Assembly: GCA_963674965.2 (NCBI GenBank)
Contig: CAXXFL010000004.1
Location: forward strand, 256,001-320,000
Direction: 5' to 3'
From: a bacterium
Lineage (GTDB): Bacteria > RBG-13-61-14 > DATKZS01
Length of the DNA: 64,000 nt
A program made the position numbers and the translations under genes. This document shows positions 49,110 through 58,352 of the stretch, piece by piece. Position 1 is the stretch's first letter. The number at the start of each line of letters is the position of its first letter. Under the pieces are notes generated by a model. It had not been told where the DNA came from, searched no databases, and saw only the letters and a program-made list of their open reading frames with translations.

Positions 49110-49466
49110 ATGATGCTGAGTCTTCCCCCTTCGGTCCGTATTTTTCTGTGCCTTGCGCCCGCCGACATGCGCCGTTCCTTTGACGGTCTTTTCATGATGG
49201 CCGAGTAAATCGTCCGCCAGGATCCGTTTTCCGGCCACCTTTTCGTATTCGTGAACAAGCGCAAGGACCGGCTGAAAGTGCTATACTGGGACCGCGACGG
49301 TTTCGCCATCTGGTACAAGCGGCTCGAGGAAGGCACGTTCAGTTTTAAAGACGGCGGCTCGGGCGGGGTTGAGATAGACGCCTCCCAGCTTTCCCTCATC
49401 CTCGGCGGCATCGACCTTGGCCGCGCCCAAAACCGCCGGCGATACTCCCGCCGCGCCGAACCATGA
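49110..49466 (+). pseudogene. IS66 TnpB with premature stop
   Basis: ADMRRSFDGL..AE*IVRQDPFSGHLFVFVNKRKDRLKVLYWDRDG; in-frame TAA at 49206-49208. Confidence 0.9.
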
Positions 49467-49541
49467 ACAAGAAGAATCGCAAGCGCTACAATAAAAAGCT
49501 TCGAAAGAAGCGGGAAAAAGAATCTTTAATCACGTTTATAT

Positions 49542-50135
49542 TTATTCAGTCTTGGCTTTTTGCCGCCCTTTTAATTTATCTATATCTTCTCTGATATACT
49601 CTTTTATTGTTTTTTCATTAATAATAATTTGAGTTATTCTTCCGATATCAGCCGCCGATGCTTTCAAATCCATCATATAAAATCTTGCGGGCTTGACAAT
49701 CCCATCATCGGTTTCAATTAATGCTTTAATACAAATAGGCCCTTTATCGGGACTGACCTCGAAGCCGGCGTCAATATATATAGAGATTTTACTTCCTTTG
49801 GTATCACTAAAAATTGGCCCGTTCTTTGATCGTAAATATTTAAGCAAATATGAATATTCTTCCGCAAAAGGCCAACGTTCACATTGCACTTCACCAGTTA
49901 AACAATAAAAGTCATGAGCGAAAAACTCAGAGCCTTCAATATAAGGAAACAAATGTGCAAACAAGTCTATTGATGGGTCACTTTGCTGATTGATTAGATT
50001 CTGAAATTCATAGATTGAATCTATCATTTCATCCTTGGTGTAGAATTCACTTCGCGCCGTTCCTCCAACCGATGGAAGGAATGATAAAAGTATGCATGAT
50101 AATAAAATACGCAAAGCTATTGCTTGTTTTCTCAA
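49542..50135 (-). CDS. Secreted hypothetical protein, tandem paralog 3
   Basis: TTG start; shares signal/N-terminus SCILLSFLPSVGGTARSEFYTKDE with two neighbours; AT-rich. Confidence 0.8.
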   Translation of the reverse strand: MRKQAIALRILLSCILLSFLPSVGGTARSEFYTKDEMIDSIYEFQNLINQQSDPSIDLFAHLFPYIEGSEFFAHDFYCLTGEVQCERWPFAEEYSYLLKYLRSKNGPIFSDTKGSKISIYIDAGFEVSPDKGPICIKALIETDDGIVKPARFYMMDLKASAADIGRITQIIINEKTIKEYIREDIDKLKGRQKAKTE

Positions 50136-50219
50136 ACTATTACCCCCATGCAAGAAACTTACCGACTCCCTATCCCGAGGGAACCTCGCGTTGATTAATA
50201 ACCTGGCGCGTGAAGGCCA

Positions 50220-50816
50220 TCAATTGTCTTTCTTATCTTTTGCTTCTTGAACCATCTTACGCATATCTTCATCGAGTAGGGTATAAATTGATTTGCCATC
50301 GATCCAAAATTCCATAATTCTCCCAAAATCAAAAGAACTTCCTTTTGATACCATCATATATAATTTTGCGGACATTATTTTGCCATCGTCAGTTTTAATG
50401 AGAGCATTGACATATAAAGGTTTAACCTTGGTTAAAGCTTTAAAATCCGCGTCAATAAAAAATTCTATGCTTTTACCTGAAGACCCTCGATAAATAGGAC
50501 CGTTTGGCGATCGCAAGTATCTGAACAAACAAGATTTCTCCGCGGCATATGGGTAATGGGGGCAAAGGCTATTATCAATAAAGCATTCCGGTTCATAACA
50601 ATCGGTTTCTGGTCCTTCCAAACGACATAACAAGCCTATATAATCATCCATATCTGGGTCTTCATCCTGATTGATTAGATTCTGGAATTCATAGATTGTA
50701 TCTATCATTTCATCCTTGGTGTAAAATTCACTTCGCGCCGTTCCTCCAACCGATGGAAGGAATGATAAAAGTATGCATGATAAACAGACGCGTAAAGCCA
50801 TGCCTTGTTTTCTCAA
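50220..50816 (-). CDS. Secreted hypothetical protein, tandem paralog 2
   Basis: TTG start after GGAGG; homologous over full length to both neighbours. Confidence 0.82.
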   Translation of the reverse strand: MRKQGMALRVCLSCILLSFLPSVGGTARSEFYTKDEMIDTIYEFQNLINQDEDPDMDDYIGLLCRLEGPETDCYEPECFIDNSLCPHYPYAAEKSCLFRYLRSPNGPIYRGSSGKSIEFFIDADFKALTKVKPLYVNALIKTDDGKIMSAKLYMMVSKGSSFDFGRIMEFWIDGKSIYTLLDEDMRKMVQEAKDKKDN

Positions 50817-50896
50817 AAGATCACCTCCCCCATACACAAAGATCACCGACGTTCCATCCCGCCTCGCGATTTCTGAGTAACCTGGCGGGACGGCCA

Positions 50897-51487
50897 TCAA
50901 TTGTCCTCCTTATCTTTCGCCATCTCATGCATATCTTCCCTAATTTGAGTTTCAATGTCTTTACCGTTTATCCAAAAATCCATGATTCTACCAAAGTCAA
51001 ATGAACCTCCTTTAAAAAGCATCATATCAAATTTTGCGGACATTATTTTGCCATCGTCAGTTTTAATGAGAGCATCGATAGGTAATGGGCTAATTTTGGT
51101 ATTAATTTTGAAATCAGCGTTAATAAAAATTTCGATGCTTTTACCTGACGAACCACGATAAATGGGGCCGTCAGGCGATCGCAAATATCTGAACAGACAA
51201 GATTTTTCAGCCTCATAGGGATGAGGGCGGCAGAGGCTTTTATCAATCATGCACTCTCGTTCAACACAAGGAGCTTCCGGCCCTTCTTGAAAACGTAACA
51301 AACCTATATAATCGTCATGTATATCAGGATCTTCGGTCTGATTAATCAGCTTTTGGAACTTATAGATTGTATCGATCAGTTCATCCTTGGTGTAGAATTC
51401 ACTTCGCGCCGTTCCTCCAACTGATGGAAGGAATGATAAAAGTATGCATGATAAGAAGATACGCAAAACCATTGCTTGTTTTCTCAA
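50897..51487 (-). CDS. Secreted hypothetical protein, tandem paralog 1
   Basis: TTG start after GGAGG; same family. Confidence 0.82.
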   Translation of the reverse strand: MRKQAMVLRIFLSCILLSFLPSVGGTARSEFYTKDELIDTIYKFQKLINQTEDPDIHDDYIGLLRFQEGPEAPCVERECMIDKSLCRPHPYEAEKSCLFRYLRSPDGPIYRGSSGKSIEIFINADFKINTKISPLPIDALIKTDDGKIMSAKFDMMLFKGGSFDFGRIMDFWINGKDIETQIREDMHEMAKDKEDN

Positions 51488-51534
51488 AATGCTGCCTCCC
51501 CCTAAACAAAGCTTTCCGCTGGGCGGCTAATAAC

Positions 51535-51716
51535 GGGTACCCCATAGCTCGCCTATGTGGGCGACCGAAGGGAGCAGGTCGGCGCGTATAACTTTAATAC
51601 CCGACCCGCGACTTAATATTTTCCAAGCATCACCGCGGGTGAGCGGCGCCCCCATTCTTTGTACCACTCAACCTGCTCGCTATGCTCGCCCATATAGCTG
51701 AGCTATATGGGTTACC
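51535..51716. repeat. REPIN/MITE-like long inverted repeat
   Basis: ~45-bp arms at 51535-51579 and 51671-51716 are imperfect reverse complements; inner ACCCGCG/CGCGGGT stem. Confidence 0.7.
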
Positions 51717-51745
51717 GGCCGGGCCATCCCTTATGTCGTTTAGGC

Positions 51746-52621
51746 TTATCTTTCCGTCTGGGTCCTCCACCAGTTCTTGTCGTGCTTGACGTAAAGCTCG
51801 AGGAAGACTTTTTGTCCCCAGAAGTTTTCCAGGTCATGACGCGCGGCCGATCCGATCTCCTTGATCATGGCCCCGGCCTTGCCGATGACTATCCGCTTTT
51901 GCGTTTCCCGCTCGACTAAAATGGCGGCCTTGATCCTTATCAAGCCGGGAGACTCGGCGAACTCCTCGATCATAACCGCCGTCGAGTAGGGTATCTCCTG
52001 CCTCGTTCTCCTGACCACCTTCTCCCGGATGATCTCCGCCGCCCAGAAACGCTCGGCCTGGTCGGTGAGGACGTCGTCGGGAAAGAGGAGAGGACCTTCC
52101 TCGAGGAGCCCCGCCACTACCTCGACGAACCGGTCCACGTTGTCTCCCTTCAGCGCTGAAAGTGGCACGATCTCCTCGAAGACGGAGAGCTTGGAGGAAT
52201 GGTCTATCAAGGGCAGGACGGCGGCGCGATGGACCTTGTCCACCTTGTTGATCGCGAGGACGCGCTTCATCTCCAGCGTCTCGACCAGGTCCAGCGTCAG
52301 GAGGTCCTCCTCGGTCCAGGGGTTGTCCGCCTCGATGATCATCACCGCCAGGTCCGCGTCGGCCGCGGCCTTTTTGGCCTCCTTGACCATCATCCGGTTC
52401 AGCGGCTTGTTGGACTTGTGGATGCCGGGCGTGTCGAGAAAGATTATCTGGTGGCCGGGCGCGGTATGGATGCCCACGATTTTATTGCGGGTGGTCTGGG
52501 GCTTGGGCGAGGTGATGGCGATCTTGGCGCCGAGCACCCGGTTCATGAGGGTGGACTTGCCGACGTTGGGGCGGCCGAGGAGCGAGACGAACCCGCTCTT
52601 GAAAGCCGCGTCCTCTTCCAT
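51746..52621 (-). CDS. era: GTPase Era
   Basis: GRPNVGKSTL, PQTTR, DTPGIH, NKVD, KH domain VIGKAGAMIK. Start ATG 52621. Confidence 0.97.
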   Translation of the reverse strand: MEEDAAFKSGFVSLLGRPNVGKSTLMNRVLGAKIAITSPKPQTTRNKIVGIHTAPGHQIIFLDTPGIHKSNKPLNRMMVKEAKKAAADADLAVMIIEADNPWTEEDLLTLDLVETLEMKRVLAINKVDKVHRAAVLPLIDHSSKLSVFEEIVPLSALKGDNVDRFVEVVAGLLEEGPLLFPDDVLTDQAERFWAAEIIREKVVRRTRQEIPYSTAVMIEEFAESPGLIRIKAAILVERETQKRIVIGKAGAMIKEIGSAARHDLENFWGQKVFLELYVKHDKNWWRTQTER

Positions 52622-52623
52622 GT

Positions 52624-53241
52624 TTAGCGAATCCTCTCCCAGTAGGTGGCGGGATCGGCGGAAATCTTGCCGGGGAACCATCCCATGGCGCCGATCTCCC
52701 ATCTCTGGTGATAGACCATGAGTTTCTTGAAAGGCAGGACGTCGTCTGAGGTCACGCTCATGGTCACGTCCACGATTCCCGGCTCTCCCTCGACGGGCTC
52801 GATGGCGTGGACCTGGTACTCGAGGACCCGGTTCCTCTCGAACTTGCGGTCGCGCATGGCCGGAAGCACGGTATCGAGGAAATCGTAATAAGCGTCGCGG
52901 TCGGGAAAGAAGTCGGGAAGTCCCTCCTGCTCCTCGTAAACGTCGAGTTCGCGTCCCTTGATGAAATCGTAAAAGGAGTTTATCGCCTCGAGCAGCTCGG
53001 GAGACTGGCTGTAGGAATCGAGGACCGTCTCGGGCCGCTTGACGATTTTCATGCGGCTGATCTTATCCCTGGCGTCCTCGACGCGGGTGGGAAGCCACTC
53101 GCGGGCCTCCTTTTTGGTCTTTTGCCAGCGGTCGTGAAGCTGGGCCCGGGTGGGCATGGAGGGGATATCCTGCGCGAACGCGCCCGGCGCGAAAAACGCC
53201 GCCGCGGCCAGGACCGCTATAAATACAAGAGATTTACTCAT
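52624..53241 (-). CDS. Secreted hypothetical protein
   Basis: Signal peptide ending AFA; 2 bp upstream of era; no family recognised. Confidence 0.75.
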   Translation of the reverse strand: MSKSLVFIAVLAAAAFFAPGAFAQDIPSMPTRAQLHDRWQKTKKEAREWLPTRVEDARDKISRMKIVKRPETVLDSYSQSPELLEAINSFYDFIKGRELDVYEEQEGLPDFFPDRDAYYDFLDTVLPAMRDRKFERNRVLEYQVHAIEPVEGEPGIVDVTMSVTSDDVLPFKKLMVYHQRWEIGAMGWFPGKISADPATYWERIR

Positions 53242-53458
53242 TTTCTTCCACTGCCTTTCCTCGTCGTAAGGGACAATTCAATAGTAACCTGGAGGCCTGG
53301 TTATATCAAGCCCTCCCCTTTTACCCGACGCGTGAAACTCGCGTTTATAGTGGCTTTACTTGCATGGCGTAATGTTCTATTGTGATTAAAATCCCGGCTA
53401 TAGCCTCGCGGCGAGATGGCCGGGCAAGACGTTTTCCGCCCGAAAGGGGGTATTTATC

Positions 53459-54361
53459 ATGCGCGATACAGGCGACGGTTTTCGCTCGCGAAGGAGTTTC
53501 CTGGCCGACCTTGCCGCCGGGGCCGGGGCGGCCGCTCTACTCGGCGGCGGCTGCGAGACCTTCGACTTCTGGGAGGACATCGCCGTCGGTACCGACAAGG
53601 TCACCGATCGCTTTCACCAGTCCATGGCCGGACACGCCAAGGAACTCGTGTTTCCCGAGGCCGACTCGGACGAGTTTTCCTTTTTATGGTTATCGGACAT
53701 CCACATCCAGGCCGGACGCGGCCACTGGATGAAGGAGCTTGGGGCCTTCGCCGACCAGGTGGGGGCCAGGTTCGTGCTCCACTCGGGCGACGCCGTGGAC
53801 AAGGGGAACGACCAGAACTTCCAACTGTTCACCACCGTCGTCGATCGAGAGATACCCGTCCCGTTTTTCAACGCCATCGGCAACCACGACCTGTACTCGA
53901 AAGGGTGGGACCTGTATAAGTTATACGTGGGACCAAGCGTTTACCGCTTCGAGTACGCCACTTGCGAGTTCATCTTTATCGACGACGCCGCCGGCACCCT
54001 GGGCAAGGACCAGATGGACTGGCTGGAGGACGTGCTTTCCCATATCAGCGTGCCCAACCGTTTCGTGCTCGGCCATTACCCGATCTATGACGGTTCCCTG
54101 CAGACGCCGTCCTCCATGGGCAACAACGAGGAACGCATGAAGATGATCTCCATGTTCCAGAAGCTGAACGTTAAATACTTCCTGTGCGGGCACAAACACA
54201 CGGGAGCGCAGTACCATCTTCGGCATACCACCTACCTTATATCCGGGGCCGGCAGCACCTATAAACTGATCCTGCAGGATGAGCCGCACTTTTATCTTTT
54301 CGACGTGAGGGGAGACGAGGTGATGAAGCATAAAATCTACTTCGAGGATATAAGGAGCTAG
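53459..54361 (+). CDS. Tat-exported calcineurin-like metallophosphoesterase lipoprotein
   Basis: SRRSFL twin-arginine motif, lipobox-like GG-C; motifs DIH, GDAVD, GNHD, H, GHKH. Confidence 0.9.
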   Translation: MRDTGDGFRSRRSFLADLAAGAGAAALLGGGCETFDFWEDIAVGTDKVTDRFHQSMAGHAKELVFPEADSDEFSFLWLSDIHIQAGRGHWMKELGAFADQVGARFVLHSGDAVDKGNDQNFQLFTTVVDREIPVPFFNAIGNHDLYSKGWDLYKLYVGPSVYRFEYATCEFIFIDDAAGTLGKDQMDWLEDVLSHISVPNRFVLGHYPIYDGSLQTPSSMGNNEERMKMISMFQKLNVKYFLCGHKHTGAQYHLRHTTYLISGAGSTYKLILQDEPHFYLFDVRGDEVMKHKIYFEDIRS

Positions 54362-54363
54362 TC

Positions 54364-55104
54364 ATGCCGTGCCTTGACGCGAGAAGAATCACGATGGTCC
54401 TGGCGGCCCTGATTTTGCTGACCTGTCCTTTGCTCGTACGTGCCGACTCGGCCAAACCCGAGGGGTACCCGACGGGGGCCATGGTCCGCCTCGATTACCT
54501 CTATCTCGAGGACGCCACGCAGGAAGAGTATTACGCGGGCTTCACCTTTGCCTACGACACGGACGGCAAGTGGTTCAACCCCAGGGCGGGCATAAGGCTG
54601 AGGGCCGACGACGGCCAGATAAGGGCCTACTTCGCGGGCAACGACTTTATCATCACCAGGCGTCTTTCAGCGGGGGCCAGGCTCACCCACGCCGAGTACG
54701 GCGACTGGGAAACGGCCATCAACTCCCTTTGCGGATACGTGACGTATCGGCGCTGGTGGTTCCGGGTCGGCCTGGGCCTGGGCTACGCGGCGGTGATACT
54801 GGAGGGGCCCTATCAAAACCCCATCGAGTTCGGAACGGAAATGCCCGAGACCAGGTTCCTTTACGACCTCTCGATAAGGCCCCATTACAAGGACTTCGAG
54901 CTTGACGTGGGACTGAAAAACTTCGACGACTTCGACGTCAACGGTTTCGACGACAACGGCTATCATCTCGAGCCCATCTGGCACGTGACCGACAATACCG
55001 CCGTCAGCGCCAAGTACGAGAAGAGGTTCGCCGGCGTCTTCATCAACATGATAAACGTGAGCAGCGAGTCCTGGACCGTTTCCGTCGAGCACCGCTTCGA
55101 CTAG
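54364..55104 (+). CDS. Probable small outer-membrane beta-barrel protein
   Basis: Signal peptide; alternating aromatic/Gly strands; ends WTVSVEHRFD. Confidence 0.6.
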   Translation: MPCLDARRITMVLAALILLTCPLLVRADSAKPEGYPTGAMVRLDYLYLEDATQEEYYAGFTFAYDTDGKWFNPRAGIRLRADDGQIRAYFAGNDFIITRRLSAGARLTHAEYGDWETAINSLCGYVTYRRWWFRVGLGLGYAAVILEGPYQNPIEFGTEMPETRFLYDLSIRPHYKDFELDVGLKNFDDFDVNGFDDNGYHLEPIWHVTDNTAVSAKYEKRFAGVFINMINVSSESWTVSVEHRFD

Positions 55105-55118
55105 GTCGGGAGATAAGC

Positions 55119-55784
55119 ATGATCGATCTTCACATGCACACTATTTGGAGCGACGGCGAACTGGTTCCCGCCGAGATGACCCGCCGCGCCCGGGCCAGGG
55201 GCGTCCGGGCCCTGGCCCTTACTGACCACGTGGACCAATCCAACGTGGAGGTCGTGGTCCCCGCCCTGGTGAAGTTCGTGGCCGAGACGAAAAGATACAT
55301 GGACGTCATCGTGCTCCCGGGCATGGAGATTACTCACGCGCCTCCCCAGACCATCGCCGCCCTGGCGAAGAGAGGGCGCCAGCTGGGGGCCAAGTGGATA
55401 GTGGTACACGGCGAGACGGTGGTCGAGCCGGTCCCGCCTGGTACCAACCTGGCGGCGATCAAGGCCAGGGTCGACCTCCTGGCCCATCCCGGCCTCATCA
55501 CCGAGGAGGAAGTAAGGCTGGCCGCCAAGAACAACGTCACCCTCGAGATTACCGCCCGTAAAGGCCACTCCCTCTCGAATGGAAGGCTCGCCGCCATGGC
55601 CAGGAAGCTGGGCGCGGCCATGATACTCAACACCGACTCCCACTCGCCCGGGGACCTGATCGACGAGGCCTTCGCCCGGACCGTGGCCCTGGGCGCGGGC
55701 CTGTCATCCCGGGACTTCGGCCACATGCTGGCAAGATCGGAGGAACTGGTGAAAAAAGCATTGAAAAGGAAAGCGCAAAAATGA
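55119..55784 (+). CDS. PHP-domain phosphoesterase (histidinol-phosphatase-like)
   Basis: DLHMHT..SDGEL, TDH, GMEITH, VVHGET, AHPG, NTDSH. Confidence 0.9.
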   Translation: MIDLHMHTIWSDGELVPAEMTRRARARGVRALALTDHVDQSNVEVVVPALVKFVAETKRYMDVIVLPGMEITHAPPQTIAALAKRGRQLGAKWIVVHGETVVEPVPPGTNLAAIKARVDLLAHPGLITEEEVRLAAKNNVTLEITARKGHSLSNGRLAAMARKLGAAMILNTDSHSPGDLIDEAFARTVALGAGLSSRDFGHMLARSEELVKKALKRKAQK

Positions 55785-56623
55785 GCAACCTCACGCAAAG
55801 ACTGATCAGCGCCGCCGTTATCATCCCCGCACTTATTTACCTGTTTTACAAGGGCGGGACGCCGTTCATCGTCCTGATCGAGGTGGTCATCGTCCTGGGC
55901 ATGGGCGAGTTCTATCGGATGGTCGAGGCCCGCGGGCTGGCGCCGCAAAAGGGTATGGGTACCCTTGGCGCCCTGGCCTTGGGTCTCACCGCCACCACCG
56001 GGCGGTTGGACTACATGGCCCTATGTCTATCCATCGTCGCCCTCGTCATCCTGGCCAACCAGTTAAGGAGCCTCGACCTGACGTCCACCATAATAGGCAT
56101 GGCCGTGACCCTCCTCGGCGTCGTTTACGTCGGGTGGTTCCTGTCTCACGCCATACTCCTTCGCTTCCCGCCCGAGAGCGCGAACGACCTGGGGTTCTTC
56201 TTTATCATCCTCACCATCGCCGGGACCTTCATGGCCGACGCCGGCGCCTATTTCACGGGACGGGCCTACGGCAAGAAAAAGCTCGCGCCCTTTATCAGCC
56301 CGGGCAAGACCGTGGAGGGCGCCATCGGCGGCGTAGTCGGCGGCACGGCCGGCATTATCGCGACCAAGCTGGTCTTCGACTGGTTCATCTTCGAGCCGCC
56401 CGGGACCATGATGCCTCTCATTCACTGCGTGGTCCTGGGTCCTTTTTTCGTGGCGGCCACCATCGTGGGCGACCTGGCCGAGTCGATGATGAAGCGCGAC
56501 GCCAATATCAAGGACTCGGGAAACCTCATTCCCGGCCACGGCGGGATCATGGACAGGCTCGACTCGATACTTTTCGCCCTGCCCGCGGCCTATTACTACC
56601 TGGCCTTCGTCGTGTACCGGTAG
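55781..56623 (+). CDS. cdsA: Phosphatidate cytidylyltransferase
   Basis: DAGAYFTG, ISPGKTVEG, GDLAESMMKR, KDSGNLIPGHGGIMDRLDS. Confidence 0.97.
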   Translation: MSNLTQRLISAAVIIPALIYLFYKGGTPFIVLIEVVIVLGMGEFYRMVEARGLAPQKGMGTLGALALGLTATTGRLDYMALCLSIVALVILANQLRSLDLTSTIIGMAVTLLGVVYVGWFLSHAILLRFPPESANDLGFFFIILTIAGTFMADAGAYFTGRAYGKKKLAPFISPGKTVEGAIGGVVGGTAGIIATKLVFDWFIFEPPGTMMPLIHCVVLGPFFVAATIVGDLAESMMKRDANIKDSGNLIPGHGGIMDRLDSILFALPAAYYYLAFVVYR

Positions 56624-56627
56624 GCTT

Positions 56628-57149
56628 ATGATCATCGAGCACAAGGGCGTCTGGCCCGTAATAGACGAGACCGCCTTTATCGAAAGCACCGCGGTCGTGG
56701 CCGGCGACGTCGAGATCGGACCCTATAGCTCGATCTGGTTCTACTCGGTGGTGAGGGGCGACGTCAATTACGTCCGTATTGGAGAGCGGACCAATATCCA
56801 GGACGGGTCCATCGTCCACGTCACCCTCGAGAGGTGGCCCTGCATTATCGGGTCGGAAACGACCCTCGGACACCGCGCCCTGGCCCATGGATGCACCATC
56901 GGCGACCGCTGCCTCATTGGCATGGGAGCGATAGTGCTGGACGGGGCCGAGGTCGGCGACGGAAGCATCGTGGCCGCCGGAGCGGTCGTGCCGCCGGGCA
57001 TGAAAGTCCCCCCCGGCAAACTGGCCGCGGGAGTGCCCGCCAAAATCATAAGGGACGTCAAGGAGACGGACCTTCATTTCATCCGGGAGCCGCTCGAGCA
57101 ATACATCGCTCTGAGCCACGACTATAAGGACAGGAACTCGGGCCGCTGA
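56628..57149 (+). CDS. Gamma carbonic anhydrase family protein (YrdA-like)
   Basis: Hexapeptide repeats; RGDVNYVRIG, NIQDGSIVH, GHRALAHGC. Confidence 0.93.
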   Translation: MIIEHKGVWPVIDETAFIESTAVVAGDVEIGPYSSIWFYSVVRGDVNYVRIGERTNIQDGSIVHVTLERWPCIIGSETTLGHRALAHGCTIGDRCLIGMGAIVLDGAEVGDGSIVAAGAVVPPGMKVPPGKLAAGVPAKIIRDVKETDLHFIREPLEQYIALSHDYKDRNSGR

Positions 57150-57193
57150 GCCTTCCGGTCCACCTTTTCCGGAGGCCGTGATAAAATTTCAGC

Positions 57194-58285
57194 ATGGCCA
57201 AGGTCCTGGCGGTCGAGCCTTTTTACGGGGGCTCTCATCAATCCTTCATCGACGGACTGATCGAGCGGTCGAGACACGAGTTTCGGCTTCTCACCCTGCC
57301 GCCCTATTTCTGGAAATGGCGCATGAGGGGGGCCGCCGTCACCATGAGCCGCGCGGCCCGGGAGTCGGACTTCGAGCCCGACCTGGTCTTCTCCTCCGAC
57401 ATGCTGAGCCTGGCCGAGTTCAAGGCCCTTTATCCTAAAGCAATTCCAAGCGTGCTTTACATGCACGAGAACCAGCTCTCCTATCCCGCGCCGGAGGAGA
57501 GCCAACGTGACGTCCACTTCGGCTTTACCAACCTGACCTCATGCCTGGCCGCCGACTTCGTGGTCTGGAACTCCAGGTCCCATCGCGACTCCTTTCTGGA
57601 GGCCCTGCCCGGGTTCCTATCCCTCATGCCCGATCACGCGCCCCGCGGAGTCGAGTCGATAATAGAAATAAAGTCGAGGGTCATATACCCGGGCGTGGAC
57701 CTCGAGTCCATCCTGTCCGTCCCCGCCGAGGACGACGGCGGCCCGCCCATTATCCTGTGGAACCATCGCTGGGAGTTCGACAAGGACCCGGAGCAATTTT
57801 TCAAGGCCCTGGAGGAAGTGGAGAAATCGGGCCATGATTTTCGTCTGGCCATATTGGGCGAGAACTTTCAGGTCAAGCCCGAGGCTTTTCTCGCCGGCAA
57901 GGAAAGGTTCAAGGACCGGGTGGTCCAGTTCGGCTTCGTGAAGGAAAGGTCCGAGTACGCGGCCTGGCTTCGACGTTGCCGGGCGTCCGTAAGCTGCGCC
58001 ATCCAGGAGAACTTCGGCATCGCGGCGGTCGAGGCCGCGGCCGCCGGGGCCTTTCCCATCTGGCCGGACAGGCTGAGTTATCCCGAGCTGTTGCCGCCCG
58101 GCCGCCGGCGGGACCACCTGTACTCGGATTTCCCGGAACTTGTGTTAAAATTAAAGCTGGCCCTGGATAAAGCGAGCCCGGCAATTCCCGTCCAAGACGG
58201 CTTGACAAGCCACATGATGAAATTCGACTGGTCGAGCGTGATCGGAGAATACGACGCGCTTTTCGAGGCCGCCGCCGAATCATGA
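57194..58285 (+). CDS. GT-B glycosyltransferase, DUF3524/GTDC1-like
   Basis: EPFYGGSH, WKWRMR, YMHENQLSYP, WNHRWEFDKDP, ENFGIAAVEA. Confidence 0.85.
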   Translation: MAKVLAVEPFYGGSHQSFIDGLIERSRHEFRLLTLPPYFWKWRMRGAAVTMSRAARESDFEPDLVFSSDMLSLAEFKALYPKAIPSVLYMHENQLSYPAPEESQRDVHFGFTNLTSCLAADFVVWNSRSHRDSFLEALPGFLSLMPDHAPRGVESIIEIKSRVIYPGVDLESILSVPAEDDGGPPIILWNHRWEFDKDPEQFFKALEEVEKSGHDFRLAILGENFQVKPEAFLAGKERFKDRVVQFGFVKERSEYAAWLRRCRASVSCAIQENFGIAAVEAAAAGAFPIWPDRLSYPELLPPGRRRDHLYSDFPELVLKLKLALDKASPAIPVQDGLTSHMMKFDWSSVIGEYDALFEAAAES

Positions 58286-58352
58286 CGACGCGTATCTCCG
58301 GCGAAAAGGGATCGCGCGCGCCAAAGAGGGCGGCAAGCCGAAGAAGGAAAAA

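Larger units (their letters stand above)
48643..49466 (+). mobile_element. Truncated IS66-family element
   Basis: Begins GTAAGCGTCC (IS66-type left end); tnpA and tnpB present; no tnpC or right end. Confidence 0.85.

Noticed and set aside
49542-51716. Integron cassette array or CRISPR
   Set aside because: Spacers lack RYYYAAC..GTTRRRY ends, no integrase or cas gene is present, and the genes are paralogs.
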